From the NCBI GenBank assembly GCA_002269645.1, contig NIVC01000239.1, positions 126,531-190,530 on the forward strand: a stretch of 64,000 nt of DNA. Reading direction: 5' to 3'. This document shows positions 22,874-36,821 of this stretch, one piece after another. Under the pieces are notes generated by a model that worked only from the letters and a program-made list of their open reading frames with translations, was not told where the DNA came from and ran no database searches. How positions within the stretch are numbered: the first letter of the stretch is position 1; each line of letters begins with the position of its first letter. A program made the translations under genes and the position numbers. The DNA is from Macrostomum lignano (Eukaryota).

Positions 22874-23962
22874 GGGGGGCCTATTAATATTTTTTATTTA
22901 ATATTATTTATTGAATATTTTCATTATATTTGGGCCTACTATAATTAATATTACTTATATATTATTAAACCACACATTGCAGATCATGCTTTTTATATAC
23001 TGCTTTGTATGTACACAGGTTTTTTATATTTTTAATTTCTATATATATTTATTTTTATTTAGTTTTTATAGCCTATAGGTTTAGGGCATAGAAATAGTGC
23101 ATAAATCACCTCTCAAAAATTTTATGATCTTCCAGTTTGTTTTGCAATATTATTCTCAAGTTTGAAACTGTACATCAATGTAGTAAAAATCAGAAACAAT
23201 ATCTACGGCCAAAAGAGATGGGAAATAGCATTATTAAAGACATTCTAATTTCACTGGCTATCTTCTAGACTAGGCCTACCCAATTGAGCTTGGGGCCAGG
23301 ATGGAATTCTCGCACAAAAATTGCAATGCATTTAGTGTTCGAGAAAAAAATTGCAAAAATTGTGCAATGCAAAAAAATTGTGCACCTGTACAGGCTGCAA
23401 AAAAATGCAACAAAAATTGTGAATTTTTTTTGCGACTGCACAGTTTAAATTATTGGCTTTACTGTATTAAATACTACAAAAACATAACATTTTATAGTTC
23501 ATTATTTACAAACTGTTTAAATTTAAAATTTTCTATTTAAGAAAACAAAGATAATTAGTCTAATATTTATTGTAACAAGTCATCAAAAAATGAGAGTATG
23601 AGACTATCGCAAAACATTATTTTGACAATTGGTAATGCTAAAAATTGTGCCACTAAATTTTGTTTAAGATTGTAAAAATTACGTTTGGTTCAGTATAGAA
23701 TTGCGCGCCAAAATAAAGTTGCAATTTTACGTTTTATATACCAAATGCAAGAATTCCATGCTGGCTTGGGGGTGCTAGACAGGCACATGACCAAGATGGG
23801 CATACATACCAGCAATGGTTTCTTAATAAACTGATAATGATATATTTGACACATATATACTATAGCCTTATAGGAATAAATTGGCACAAACACTAAAAAG
23901 ATTAAAATTTTTATATTATGATTAATTTGTTTCAAATCTATTATATATATCAATAGGCCCCC
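22874..23962. mobile_element. Possible TA-flanked MITE (~1.1 kb)
   Basis: GGGGGGCCTATTAATAT at 22874 is inverted relative to ATATCAATAGGCCCCC ending 23962; TA lies outside both ends. Confidence 0.4.
23296..23764. mobile_element. MITE with 18-bp TIR and 7(-8)-bp TSD, nested in the previous element
   Basis: CCAGGATGGAATTCTCGC / GCAAGAATTCCATGCTGG (2 mismatches); CTTGGGG duplicated at 23289-23295 and 23765-23771. Confidence 0.75.
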
Positions 23963-25405
23963 TATTTATAAATATGATTGTTTAAAACAAAATAATGCAT
24001 GACCATGATAATAAAACAATAGCTATTAAGTTGCTAATTATTGTTAGAGAGAAAGCAGATATAATAGAGTTAATATTGTGGCTATAGCCATCTTGGTATA
24101 TGGCCATCTTGGTCTTACACTGCTAGACAAACTATGGAAGTTGACAAGTCCAAATTTATGCGTTGTGCTATATTGGGTGTCACATTATTATCCTCTGTAG
24201 CCATATCCTCTGTTTTCCGCACCCAACTGTTACTTGTTACTGGTCTGCCTCTATTTCGCATCCCTTTTGGCCATAGATATTGTTTTTTTGATGTTTCACT
24301 ACATTGATGCACCATTTCAAACTTGAGAATAATATCGCAAAACAAACTGGAAGATTGCCAATTTTATATACATTGTAAAAGTTGGTAGTAAGTTAAGGGT
24401 AGAAAAATAAAAATTTTCTGCAAGTTGGCAGGGTTGGCAGTAATTTGGGCAGTTTGAAAACTTTGAATTTCTATTGGTGTTGAGTTTGTACAAATAAATC
24501 CAGAAAATTTGTGCAAATGAATCACAACAAAATTTCTCTTGCTTTACTCTGACTGCTGGGGTCTCAAGTCTGGGGGGAGGGCAGGTATTGTTGTAGTTGA
24601 GTGGTCATTAATGACACAGTTGTTCAGATGATAGGCACTAGAGTTTCTGACTCTGTAAATTAATGCATTAATTTGTTGAGATGATTACTATCAATAGGGT
24701 AGAGCTGCCACTACTGTAATTTTTATATTATAGAACAAATCAGTCTCAGAGCTTCTTTGAGATAAGAGTTAGCTTTTTTGGTTGGTTGTTTCTATTGGCA
24801 ACACATACATATATAAGTTGCTATTAGCTGAGAGCAGTTATGTGACTACTATTCTACCCAATTGTGACTTACATGTGTGTGTTGCGAATAGAAATGGCTG
24901 GGTGAATCCCTAGGTTAGCCCAAGCATGATTGGGTTAAAACCAAAAGTGGGGATTAAAAAGTCCAAGCGCTAAAATGAGAAAATACCACCACTTGGGCCA
25001 GCATCCTAGGGCCAACAAGGGAAGTGATGTCACGCAGAGGTTCCAAGTTAGACATGCAAAAAAATTAAAAAATATGCAAGCAAATAATAGAATTAATTTG
25101 AATTATTATAAAGTGGCAACCCCTCTGCCACATATGCATACTAGTTTCTCTAGACTCTAGTGACAATATTTTTGTGGTAAAAATTTAGTGCTAAAAAAAT
25201 AGAAGCTTATATTTATAGTACTATAATATAATATACCTAGACTCTAAATGGTATACACCATAGTCAGGCCATACTCCATAGTTTAGATTTATCATTCACT
25301 TATTCACTTATGCAGTACTAAACTGCACTGTAGCCTATACCCTGTAGGCTATACTCCCTACATACTGTACTGTATGTCTGGCAAACTAACTTGTATATAT
25401 ACACT

Positions 25406-25447
<42 letters not shown>

Positions 25448-25708
25448 TGTACATTCTTTGAGTCATTATATACTTCACTTAAAGATAGACCTGCACCTGA
25501 CTATGTATTGAATCTTGCACATGAATAGGATGAAAATGGTCATGAAGACTATTCCATCAACTAGTGTCCCCTTTCTGCAGCTGAAGAGCGAAAGCCATTG
25601 CTCTTTACACGATGGAAACTTGGTCATGTAACTCCTGGAGAAGTTAATGATTGTTGTGGTATGCATTGGATATTAGAAGAAAATTTACCAGCAATCTTAA
25701 GTGCAGCC

Positions 25709-26030
25709 CTGGGTTTTTTTGTGCGAATGGGTGCGAATAGCATCCTGGTCTTAAAAATCGCACCCTGAAATTTGACTCAGGGTGCGAAAAGTGCACCCAA
25801 ATTTTTGCAAGGATGTGATGCGGGTTTTACAATTTAGTGTTTTACTGTTATGGACATCTTAAGTCCGTAACTTTATATTCTTAGAATTAGCCAGTAATTT
25901 GAAACACACTATTAGTGTTAGACCAGTTTTGGTTTGCAGCAGTGCAGCACATCCTGGTCTTAAAAATTGCACCCTGAAATCTAGCACAGGGTGCGAAATT
26001 GCACCCAAGTTATGGACGAAAAAAACCCAG
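25709..26030. mobile_element. 322-bp MITE with 8-bp TSD (hAT-like TSD length)
   Basis: TIR CTGGGTTTTTTT / AAAAAAACCCAG; TSD GTGCAGCC at 25701-25708 and 26031-26038; internal ~65-bp direct duplication. Confidence 0.8.
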
Positions 26031-26589
26031 GTGCAGCCTGGGGGATCAGGTAATGGTGCAGCTGCAGCACATTCAAGGGAACTAAAAGCACCACCATCCC
26101 AATGTTCAGCAAGCTCACACAGAGAGGGACTGTTAATGGCAGTGCAAAATCCAGAGGTTGTTGCTTTTAACAGAGATCTATATATGCAGAATGCAAAAAA
26201 ATTGAAATTCATGGTACAGATGCAACGACATTATTCTTCTCGAGTAATGTCAGCTGAGAAGCTGTTTTTGAAATAAAGAAGAAACTAGAAGTCTTGAGAC
26301 AGAATTTGTACAATGGCGCATTGCTCATGCTGAATCTATTGCTATAGAATCTTGCTTATCAACTGATGCTGGTACTGAAGCGCGGATCCAACCACAACAC
26401 AGCCATTCATTTGGACTCAGATTCAGAGACTGAGACTGATGGCCGAAGAAATGAGAGTCCTCCAAGAAAAAGATATATTTTTAGTCTATCAAAAGGGATT
26501 TTGATGAAATTCAGTCTCATGAAGAGATTTTGATGAAGTTCAGTTTTATGGAGAGATTTTGATAGAGTTCATTTTTACAGAGAGGATTT

Positions 26590-27250
26590 CAATGGATTTG
26601 GCACATTAAATGAGTCAGAGAAGAGAAAGTATAGAGAAGAGGGAACAAAAAAGGAGAGAGAAGAGAAGAGGAGAGTGGAGATGAGAGGGGAGTTATGAGA
26701 TAGCAGAGAGGAGACAGGAGAGATGAGAGAAGAAAGGAGGGATAAGAGCATACAGCTGAAAAGAGAGGAGAGAGATGAAAGATCAGAGATGATAGAGTTA
26801 AGAGAAGAAAGTACTGAGGAGAAAGAAAGAGGGTAAAGATAAGAGTGCAGAGAGGACAGATGAAAGATGCGATGAGAAAAGATATGATTGAGAAAATAAG
26901 AGAGAGAAGAGATAAGAGATTAGAGAAGAGAAGAGACAAAGGGGAGAAGATAGAATCGAGATGGTAGAAAGGAAGCAAGAAAGATGGGAGATAAAAAAGG
27001 ATAGGGTATAGGAGATATGATAAACGAGAGCAGAGAGGAGAGAGAAAAGAGAAGAGAGAGGGTATAGGAGAGACAATAGATAAGTGAGTAGAGATGAGAT
27101 ATGAGAGAGGAGAGAAGAGGGGAGAAATAAGAGAGAAGAGAGGAGACAGGAGGCAGGAGAGGGTACAGATGAAACACGAGGGAGAAGAGATAAATGAAGA
27201 GGGAGAGTAATAATAGAGAGAGTAATGGCAAGAATGCAGAGAGGAGACAT
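26590..27250. repeat. AG-rich low-complexity tract
   Basis: Purine-rich GAGA/AGAAG sequence; minus-strand ORFs are compositional artefacts. Confidence 0.85.
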
Positions 27251-27364
27251 GAGAGTCTGAGTCTGGACAACGGAAGTCAGTTTTTGCAAACAGGGAAAAC
27301 AAAATATGGTATTTGAAAGGCTTTACAGAGGATTTTAAGACAATTTAGAATATGGGATTCAAGA

Positions 27365-27640
27365 CTACTTAGTTCTCTCGATTGCGACTTAGTTCCTCTC
27401 GATTGCACTTAGTTCCTCTCGATTGCGACTTAGTTCTTCCTGATTGCAACTTAGTTTCTCCCGATTGCAACTTAGTTCCTCCCGATTGCGACTTAGTTGC
27501 TCTTGATTGCAACTTAGTTCCTCTCAATTGCAACTTAGTTCCTCCCGATTGCGACTTGTTCCTCCTGATTGCAACTTAGTTTCTCCCAATTGCGACTTAG
27601 TTCCTCCCGATTGCGACTTAGTTCCTCCCAATTGCGACTT
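27365..27640. repeat. 21-bp minisatellite GATTGCGACTTAGTTCCTCCC
   Basis: ~13 tandem copies. Confidence 0.92.
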
Positions 27641-28004
27641 AATTTTCACTTTGTATATGACTTTTCTTTTTTTTTTCCCTTTTCTTTTCTTTTTCTTTCT
27701 TTCTCCTCTTTCCCCTCTCTCTTCTCCCTCCTTTCTTTTCCCTTTCTCTTCCTCTCCTTTCTTTCTTCTCCCAATTCTTTGGTTTTTGCGTTTTCGATTT
27801 TGCGACTTACCTTGGCCAGCGGCCATTTCACCTGTCTGGTTCGGACAGGTCGGACAGGTGTTGGGCATGTATGGGCATACATGTTGCCTTCCAAACTATG
27901 GAAGTCAAGAAAGGGTCCTGTATCCCAGAATTTTCTAGTGTGCATTAGGCCTAATATGGTAGCTTGTTTATATTATGCTAAAATGGCAACATAGGCCATG
28001 TGGT

Positions 28005-28555
28005 TTATACTTACGACTTAGTAATATAGAAAGCACTTTTCCAAAAATACATGGTAACAATATATTCCATAAGTGAATATGGTTTATGGTCAATAGCAAT
28101 CATCAATGCTATGTTAGTAATCAATTCCTTAGCTCTTGGATCTAAGTGCTATTAGTCATTGGCATTGGCAGTTGTTGATGGTCAATAGAGATATAGCTAC
28201 ATTGCTTTGGCTGATAGTGGTAGAAAATAGTGAAATCAATGTAGTTTGCAACAAACAAAGTGTAAACAAAGCTAAACTTAGAGGAAACCTTTTAGCTTAA
28301 GGCAGCATTGTCATTGCATTGCTATCATTTTCTTTCTTAGCATTTTAGCTGCTTTTCTTCCATTGCTTGACTTTCAATATCACCATACTCTGCTTCATGT
28401 TTTGTCTTCAAGTGAGATTAGACTGTATACCACTATTGGTAGCATTAGCATTCTTTGTGTCTAATGAACAATTGTATGGCATATATTGCACTTTGCCAAA
28501 TATGGATTATTAGTATCTAGCAATGGGAAATAAATCCATAGTAAGCTTTTAGCTT
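28005..28555 (-). pseudogene. Decayed hAT transposase N-terminus (BED finger)
   Basis: Manual translation: KSLLWIYFPLLDTNNPYLAKCNIC ... HLKTKH ... DPRAKELITNIALMIAIDHKPYSLME ... LSRKY, with stops and frameshifts. Confidence 0.75.
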
Positions 28556-30906
28556 TTAGGGACTTGATTTATTTTATAGCTTTGGTTTTGGAACTTTTAG
28601 TATTGTTAAAGGCATTGAAGCTAATGTAGTAGGGGCAAGAATAGCATTGCTAGCTCTATTTGAACTCATTGCAAGTGAAATTGAATTTGCATTAGTAGTT
28701 GCAATTACTGACAATAAATGAATTTTGACTTGTCATAATCAGAGAAAAAAACTATTTGAAATAAGTTGAAGTTGAATTTATACAAACTTATTTAATAGTT
28801 TATTTGTTTAATACTTAGTTATTTTAACTTAAATCTATACTATAGAAATATAAATACTAAATAGCATAAATCACTTAATTAACATATATCAATATACATT
28901 TATAATTTTTGACAATTGAATCTGGTATTAATGCATAGTTTTGATAGGCCCTAAAGTTATGCCCAAAGATGCACCCAAATACTAATAAACCAATTAAGCT
29001 TGTAATTTGTAAACACCTAGTTTTTTTAATTTGAACTTTGCATAAAAAACTTGCAAAATGAACAAAGAAAAGTATAGGCATAGGCTCCTAGCTTAATTTT
29101 ATCTGCTTTATATTCTAAACATACCAGTTATCATTTGTACCTAAGAAAATGTATTATGAATTTGTCTTTTTTTTGACACATTAAAAATGAAAATGAAAAT
29201 TCTAAATGATCAAAATGAAAATCTATAATGTCAGAATAAACTTCAAAATTTCTTTAGGGAAATGAAAATTTGACTTAACATTTAAAATTAAAATTTGAAT
29301 AATCTATGGCTAGATGCAGTAATGCAAGTGTAAGGAAAAGTAAAAATAATAAAAGGTTAAAATGTTATTGTATTGAGCTTTTTGAATCTAAAGAAAGTGT
29401 CATAAAAGCATTACAATAAATAAACAAATTAAGTTTTTCATAAGCAAAGACAGTTGTAACTAGTGATAGACCAACTGTGGATTTTAGCAAGTTTTCAAAT
29501 CCAAATATGTTTCAAATTTAAGCAAAAAGTAAAAGGTAAATGGCAAAAGTAACTATGACACTTTTAAGTAACAAGGGGTTTGATTTGTAAATTCAGTTCT
29601 ATCGTAAGTTGTTACATGACATTATAACTTTTTGAATAAAAAGAAAAGATTACAAGTTTTTAAACCTTCTTTATATTAAAAAAATGTTTTGAAAAAAAGT
29701 TGATAAAAAACTTTTGCTTTTGGCTTTTTTATTTTACCAGTTTTACCAAAAGTTTCACAAAACTATAGCAGTGTTGCAAATATCAACTTCAAAAAACTAA
29801 GTATGTGAAATTGTGAATGCAGCTAACATCTATGGCATATTTGTCATTAGACATGGCCCAAAAATAAAAAAAACACTAAATAGCAAAAATAAAAGCAAAC
29901 TAAGCTAACAATTTTATTTTTGTAATCAAACCAAAAGAAAAAACTCACATATGTTATAGATTGCCGTAAATGTAAGACTGTCTGTTTTCTGTTTGCTTAC
30001 TCTATGCAGATCTAGCTAGGACAGTACAAAAACTTGACTTTCTGGCAGACAATGTGTTTAGATATCTTTATCTAGCTTCTGTGCTCATGTTTAGGGAGGG
30101 GATAGAGATATTTGTTTAGCTGCTGACATTTTATAGAGGTTTGTTCATACCGCCATCAAAGGACCCATTTTGGTGTAAATTTATTACATGATTAAATGAA
30201 GCTGAACAAAACTGTTCAATCCTAATTTTAAATTGTCAACAAGTGGCTATCCTAATTGGGAAGAATCCGCAATGAACTTGGTAGCTTTGTAATTTATCTT
30301 TATAAGTTTTTAACTTGTTTGATATAATACAAAAAATTATAATATTTTTATAACTGTAACTGTAAGTAAAAAATTTCTTCATTACTATAATCATAATAAA
30401 AATATGGCTTTAAAAGTGCCATTCCTATCATTAGCCATAACCATAACTGTCATGATGACAGAACACTAATTTAAAAAGTCTTTAATTTTGCAACTGACCC
30501 ATAATTTATATTAGCTTAGTTGATTAGCAGTTATGAATATATATTTGCCTAGTTATAACAAAATAGTAGTCCATTAACGAAATAGTAGTATAAGTTAAGT
30601 AGAAAAATGAAAATAACTTGGCAAGCTATAATAGAATAATTGTGATCACATACGCCTGGCATATAAAAAGTTCAATAAATTCAATATACAACTTGTAAGT
30701 AAAGGTCTATGTACTTATTTTTTGTAGTTCTGGTCATTTATTCTTTCTATTTGCTAACATTGATTAATATCCTTTTTTACTTTTTTACTCGTTGAAAAGA
30801 AGTTTAAATTGCACTAAATTGTTGTTGACGCATGCTTGCCTACTAAGAGTAGGATAATTAGTCTATAAACTCTATTATGCCTACACTTCAGAAACGCGAT
30901 CAGTAA

Positions 30907-32037
30907 ATGCCCGATCTAACAAGCGGCAGTGCCAGTAACAGTCAGGACAGCATCGTCAGCTTTGCTAGCAGCAGCTGTCTCGGCTGTCTGGCTGTTGGCA
31001 TCGCCGTTGGTTGGCTACTGCGCAGCTCTTCAGCTGGCCGCGGCTTTGGCAGCCTCCTGACGCGGCTGGCCACCGGCACCCGGGTGAAAATGGTGCTGGT
31101 GCTGCGCGCCGATGTTGGCATGTCGCGCGGTAAAGCTGCATCGCAGGTTCGTGCGGAGCTCCTCCCTTCATATTGCGTCACTTCCCTATTGTCACATTCT
31201 TTTTTCCTACCCCCCCACTATCTAATTACCTTTAGCAATTCCCCATCAGAACATCCCCTTAGCAATCCCCCTTCGTCGAATTTCCTTTAGCAATTCCCTA
31301 GTTTCATCACCCCATGTCCTCTAGCAATTCCCTAGCTTCATCACCCCATGTCCTCTAGCAATTCCCTAGCTTCATCACCCCATTTCCTTTAGCAATTCCC
31401 TAGTTTCATCACCCCATTTCCTTTAGCAATTCCCCATCAGCACATTCCCTTTAGCAAGTACCCACCATCACATTCCCTTTAGCAATTCCCCAGTCTCCAT
31501 CAGCACATTCCCTTTAGCAATTCCGCAGTCTCCATCATCACATCCCCTTAGCGATTCCCCAGTCTCCATCATCATATCCCCTTAGCAATTCCCCAGTCTC
31601 CATCATCACATCGCCTTAGCAATTCCCCAGTCTCCATCATCACATCCCCTTAGCAATTCCCCAGTCTCCATCATCACATCCCCTTAGCAATTCCCCAGTC
31701 TCCATCATCACATCCCCTTAGCAATTCCCGTAACGTAAACCCGCAGGCCGCCCACGCCGCGGTCTCCAGCTACCGGGCCGCCGGCCGCTATCCCGAGCTC
31801 CGATCGGCCCTACGCCAATGGGAGCTGCTTGGCCAGCCGAAAATTTCGTTGCGCGTCGATTCAGCCGACGAATTGCGTCAACTAGAGGCGGAGGCTAGGC
31901 GGCTGGGCCTGCCGGTGGCTCCGGTAGCCGACGCTGGGCACACAGAAGTGGCGCCTGGCACCGCAACGGCCCTGGGCATTGGGCCGGCCCCCGAGCCCGA
32001 TATTGACCGGGTGACCGGGCATCTGAGGCTGTTTTAG
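30907..32037 (+). CDS. PTRH2: Peptidyl-tRNA hydrolase 2 (PTH2/Bit1), 176 aa
   Basis: Exons 30907-31146 and 31747-32037 (CAG|GTTCGT...GCAG|GCC, phase 0). N-terminal hydrophobic anchor; KMVLVLRADVGMSRGKAASQ-AAHAAV, WELLGQPKISL, DAGHTEVAPGTATALGIGP, IDRVTGHLRLF. Confidence 0.94.
31235..31730. repeat. Variable ~34-bp minisatellite CTTAGCAATTCCCCAGTCTCCATCATCACATCCC in PTRH2 intron
   Basis: Tandem copies with gradually changing unit. Confidence 0.9.
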
Positions 32038-32277
32038 ACTGCTGAGGGACAAATCCCCCACCCCATCCCAGCCACTGAATAGGAATATTAGTTAATTAGT
32101 TGAAGAGGTTTACAGCTGACATTAATCTGTCCGCTTAATGACGAGGCATTTTAATTGCTCAATCCTTGTATTTAAAAAATAGTTTTCAACAATACGCCTT
32201 ATACTACTTACCAAGTAGTTACAATAAATTCAGAGTTGCTAAGGTTTTCCTAGTACTACTGTATAGAGATTAGCTTT

Positions 32278-33500
32278 TTAATTCCCCATCATCGCCCTCC
32301 GATTATTAATTCCCCATCATCGCCCACCGATTATTAATTCCCCATCATCGCCCACCGATTATTAATTCCCCATCATCGCCTTCCGATTATTAATTCCCCA
32401 TCATTGCCTTCCGATTATTAATTCCCCATCATCGCCCTCCGATTATTAATTCCCCATTATTGCCTTCCGATTATTAATTCCCCATCATCGCCTTCCGATT
32501 ATTAATTCCCCATCATTACCTTCCGATTATTAATTCCCCATCATTGCCTTCCGATTATTAATTCCCCATCATCGCCCTCCGATTATTAATTCCCCATCAT
32601 CGCCTTCCGATTATTAATTCCCCAGCATTGCCTTCCGATTATTAATTCCCCATCATCGCCCTCCGATTATTAATTCCCCATCATTGCCTTCCGATTATTA
32701 ATTCCCCATCATTGCCTTTCGATTATTAATTCCCCATCATCGCCCTCCGATTATTAATTCCCCACCATCGCCTTCCGATTATTAATTCCCCATCATTGCC
32801 TTCCGATTATTAATTCCCCATCATTGCCTTCCGATTATTAATTCCCCATCATCGCCCTCCGATTATTAATTCCCCATCATCGCCCTCCGATTATTAATTC
32901 CCCATCATCGCCCTCCGATTATTAATTCCCCATCATCGCCCTCCGATTATTAATTCCCCATCATTGCCTTTCGATTATTAATTCACCATCATCGCCCTCC
33001 GATTATTAATTCCCCATCATCGCCTTCCGATTATTAATTCCCCATCATTGCCTTCCGATTATTAATTCCCCATCATTGCCTTCCGATTATTAATTCCCCA
33101 TCATCGCCCTCCGATTATTAATTCCCCATCATCGCCCTCCGATTATTAATTCCCCATCATTGCCTTCCAATTATTAATTCCCCATCATTGCCTTCCGATT
33201 ATTAATTCCCCATCATCGCCCTCCGATTATTAATTCCCCATCATCGCCCTCCGATTATTAATTCCCCATCATCGCCCTCCGATTATTAATTCCCCATCAT
33301 CGCCCTCCGATTATTAATTCCCCATCATCGCCTTCCGATTTATTATTCCCCATCATCGCCCTCCGATTATTAATTCCCCATCATCGCCCTCCGATTATTA
33401 ATTCCCCATCATCGCCCTCCGATTTATTATTCCCCATCATCGCCCTCCGATTATTAATTCCCCATCATCGCCTTCCGATTTATTATTCCCCATCATCGCC
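32278..33500. repeat. 28-bp minisatellite TTAATTCCCCATCATCGCCCTCCGATTA
   Basis: ~43 tandem copies. Confidence 0.96.
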
Positions 33501-34167
33501 CTCCTCTCTACAAGTAACAGATGGGTTTGTGTTTTGATTATTATTAATTGACCATATAAATGTAATAATGAATAGTTTTTAAATATATTGGCTTTTTCAC
33601 AACATGTAGACCTTAAGCTTCCCGTTTCTTACAAATTGCGGTAAGCAGACCCGACTACTTGGCCTTATCTGGCCTTATCTATCACACGCGCGACCACACG
33701 CTCACGCAGTCAGGCTTTGGTTCAGCCTTGGCCCTATTCCCTATCGCATACCCTATACGGCTATTATAGGTTTCACAGAGTTCTGTGATTAGCCGCATAG
33801 CTTCCTGTGTTTTTCTCCATCCCTTATTTTCTTGCCTGTTAGGGACTATATAATCAGCCGATGACCTCTATTTGCTACCCTCTTCTCCTAGTCCTCAGCA
33901 GCACTGCTTGTTTGCTTGATTGCTTTGGAGAACGGCTACTTTAAACTTTGTTTGATATCGATAGAGTTTTCTTCTCTGCCAAATTTAGTATTGCAGTTTA
34001 GCTCATATTCCTGCTGACGTCATAGCGCTCCGGGCTGTTTCTTTCATCTTGCGCAGTGTGCTTTTTTACTTCTGCTGTTGTTCGCTTGGCAACAACTTGT
34101 GGTGTCCCTCAAAACTGCTTAATCGCTTCTTCACAATTCACCTTCATCCCATCATATGTAGGCACGG

Positions 34168-34730
<563 letters not shown>

Positions 34731-36047
34731 TCCATGTCTTCTTCATCTCAGTCAATATCCATCTTTTATGTTTTTCTCGTGTAGAGCTTAAGCTGCCTCG
34801 CAAAATCACTTTAGTTCCTGAATACCGTTTTAAGAAGTACTCGGATTCTTCATGCCATATTGAGTGTATCATGTCCGCCACTTTCAAATAATGTAGTTCC
34901 CGTCGAGCAAATACACAGATCTATTTGTATAACTTGCATTTAGTTTAAATGCGATTTTTTTATCAGCAACTTTCCTAGTTTTTTATTTAACAGGCGTCTC
35001 AAATTTATCTGTAGAACTTTGCTTTAAAAAGAGCGTAATATTAATTTTTACAGGCACTTATGTTGAGGTTGCTTTATCAGTTCATTTATTTGTGTTATGG
35101 CTATCTAAAATATGTACTCAGGCGGTTTCAAAATAATTTATTGCCTCGGTGTGCCTGCCCTGATGAATTGATTTTTGTCTGCTTTGCCTTTGGCATGGCT
35201 GGTTAAGCTGTATTATTATACACGAGAGCCCAGCTGAGCCAGAAATATTGTTTGTTTCTCCATCCCCTGCGAATTGATTGCGGCCTGGCGTCCAGCGTTT
35301 GTTCGCCGATGAGGCAAGCCAAGCAGAGAAGGGCGCTGGAGAGAGAGCAGGATGCAGATGATGGTCCCAGAATCCCTGAGCAATAAAAATGGTGCGCGTA
35401 TAGAATCGGAAATAATGCTTATAAAGAAGTCTAGTAATCTATTCAGCTATAGCTCTAGCGATCATCAAATGAACGAGTTTTTGTCAGCTCAGTGCGAACT
35501 CTTACGCTTTATTAAAGTGCACTTGTTAAACTGATTGAATTTGCGTGGCGCACCAAAAAGGAATGACGCAAACGAATGACTGTTCTAAAAGGATCCCAGG
35601 AAGTTTTTCAATGATTCGCCATTCAGGGCCATCCTGCAGCCTCGTCTCTTGGTTTGGGCGAGAATTTCTGTAATTAACAAAAATTAGCGTGTCGCCTAAA
35701 GGAAAAATAGGGATTAATGTACCAGAGGGCGACGATACTATATAATTCAATGCGGATGACTTCTCCTATGCTTGACGCTCCTGCTCATTTTCATCTCGAG
35801 ATTGATTATTTATTTATGCGAGCCGATGCGATGCACAGAAGCACGAGAGTGGCTGGCTGTCTCTTGCGCGTTGCATTCTACAGATTCTGCTTTGTTGAGA
35901 GCAAATATAATTTTCATCAAGCAAATACGGCTATGTCAAACGCTTGCTTATTTAGAATTAGCTCTCATCTTTGATCAGAAAGCTAGATACTGTTTGAATT
36001 TTGAAGAAAGTCCAGCTGTCAAATTTCTCATCTCGGCTGGTTTTGGG

Positions 36048-36821
36048 TCAAGCGTGACGCGACGAGCTGCCACCGCCGTCCGTTCGTTTCCTTCCTGACT
36101 CGCCTGAATGCGGCGGCTTTGCAGTCGGCGGCGGGGGCACAATGATGACCGGCTTGCGGGCATGGTGCAGCACGTAGTCGCTGACTGAGCCGACAAAGGT
36201 GCGCTTAATTGCGCCCATGCCCCTCGTGCCCATCACGATGAAGTCCACTTTTTCTTCTTTAGCTATCTTGACAATGGCCTGGCCGGGTCCGTGAGCGATT
36301 CGTTCCAGAAATTTGATTCGCCCGATGCCGAGGCTGTCGCAGAGGGCTCGCACGTCTGTTGCCAGCTGTCTGGCCTCGCACAGTGTCTGGTCAATAGACC
36401 TGGCGTAGACCTCAGCGGCTAGGGTTCCCATTGTGCCGAAACCCACTGCCACTTCTGGCGGATCGGTCACGTTGACGAAGATCACCAGGTCCCTGTCTTG
36501 GCGCAGGTGCTCGGCGTAGAATATGACGGCTCGTTCGCTGTGCTCGCTGCGATCCACGCCAATCAGGACGCGCCTGTGCTCTGCCTCGGCTGCCGCGCCA
36601 GAGTTGCTGACTGGAAATGGGCCGATTGTTATACTTCAATAGATGGATCGTTTCAAAACATTTTGCGTCTGGAGTCTACAATCTCAAGATTCTGAAAGTC
36701 CACCAACATCCGATCCTCTTGATGCATGCTATTTCTTACCTGATGCCGCAGAGTATCCGTGTCTGCAATCTGGCTGGCTTGTCTCCAACTTCTTTGACTT
36801 CCTGTGACCAGAGGCAGACAT
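36048..36821 (-). CDS. Universal stress protein (USP/UspA domain), ~214 aa
   Basis: Exons 36821-36740 (ATG TCT GCC...CAG|GTAAGA, phase 1) and 36610-36048 (TTTCCAG|TC). RRVLIGVDRSEHS; IVMGTRGMGAIKRTFVGSVSDYVLHHARKPVIIVP contains the G-2x-G-9x-GS ATP-binding motif. Confidence 0.9.

Noticed and set aside
24700-25125. Possible hAT MITE (AGAGCTGCCACT ... AGTGGCAACCC)
   Set aside because: TIR match short and imperfect; no TSD found
28600-30850. AT-rich region as a possible gene or element
   Set aside because: No ORF, termini or repeat structure I could support
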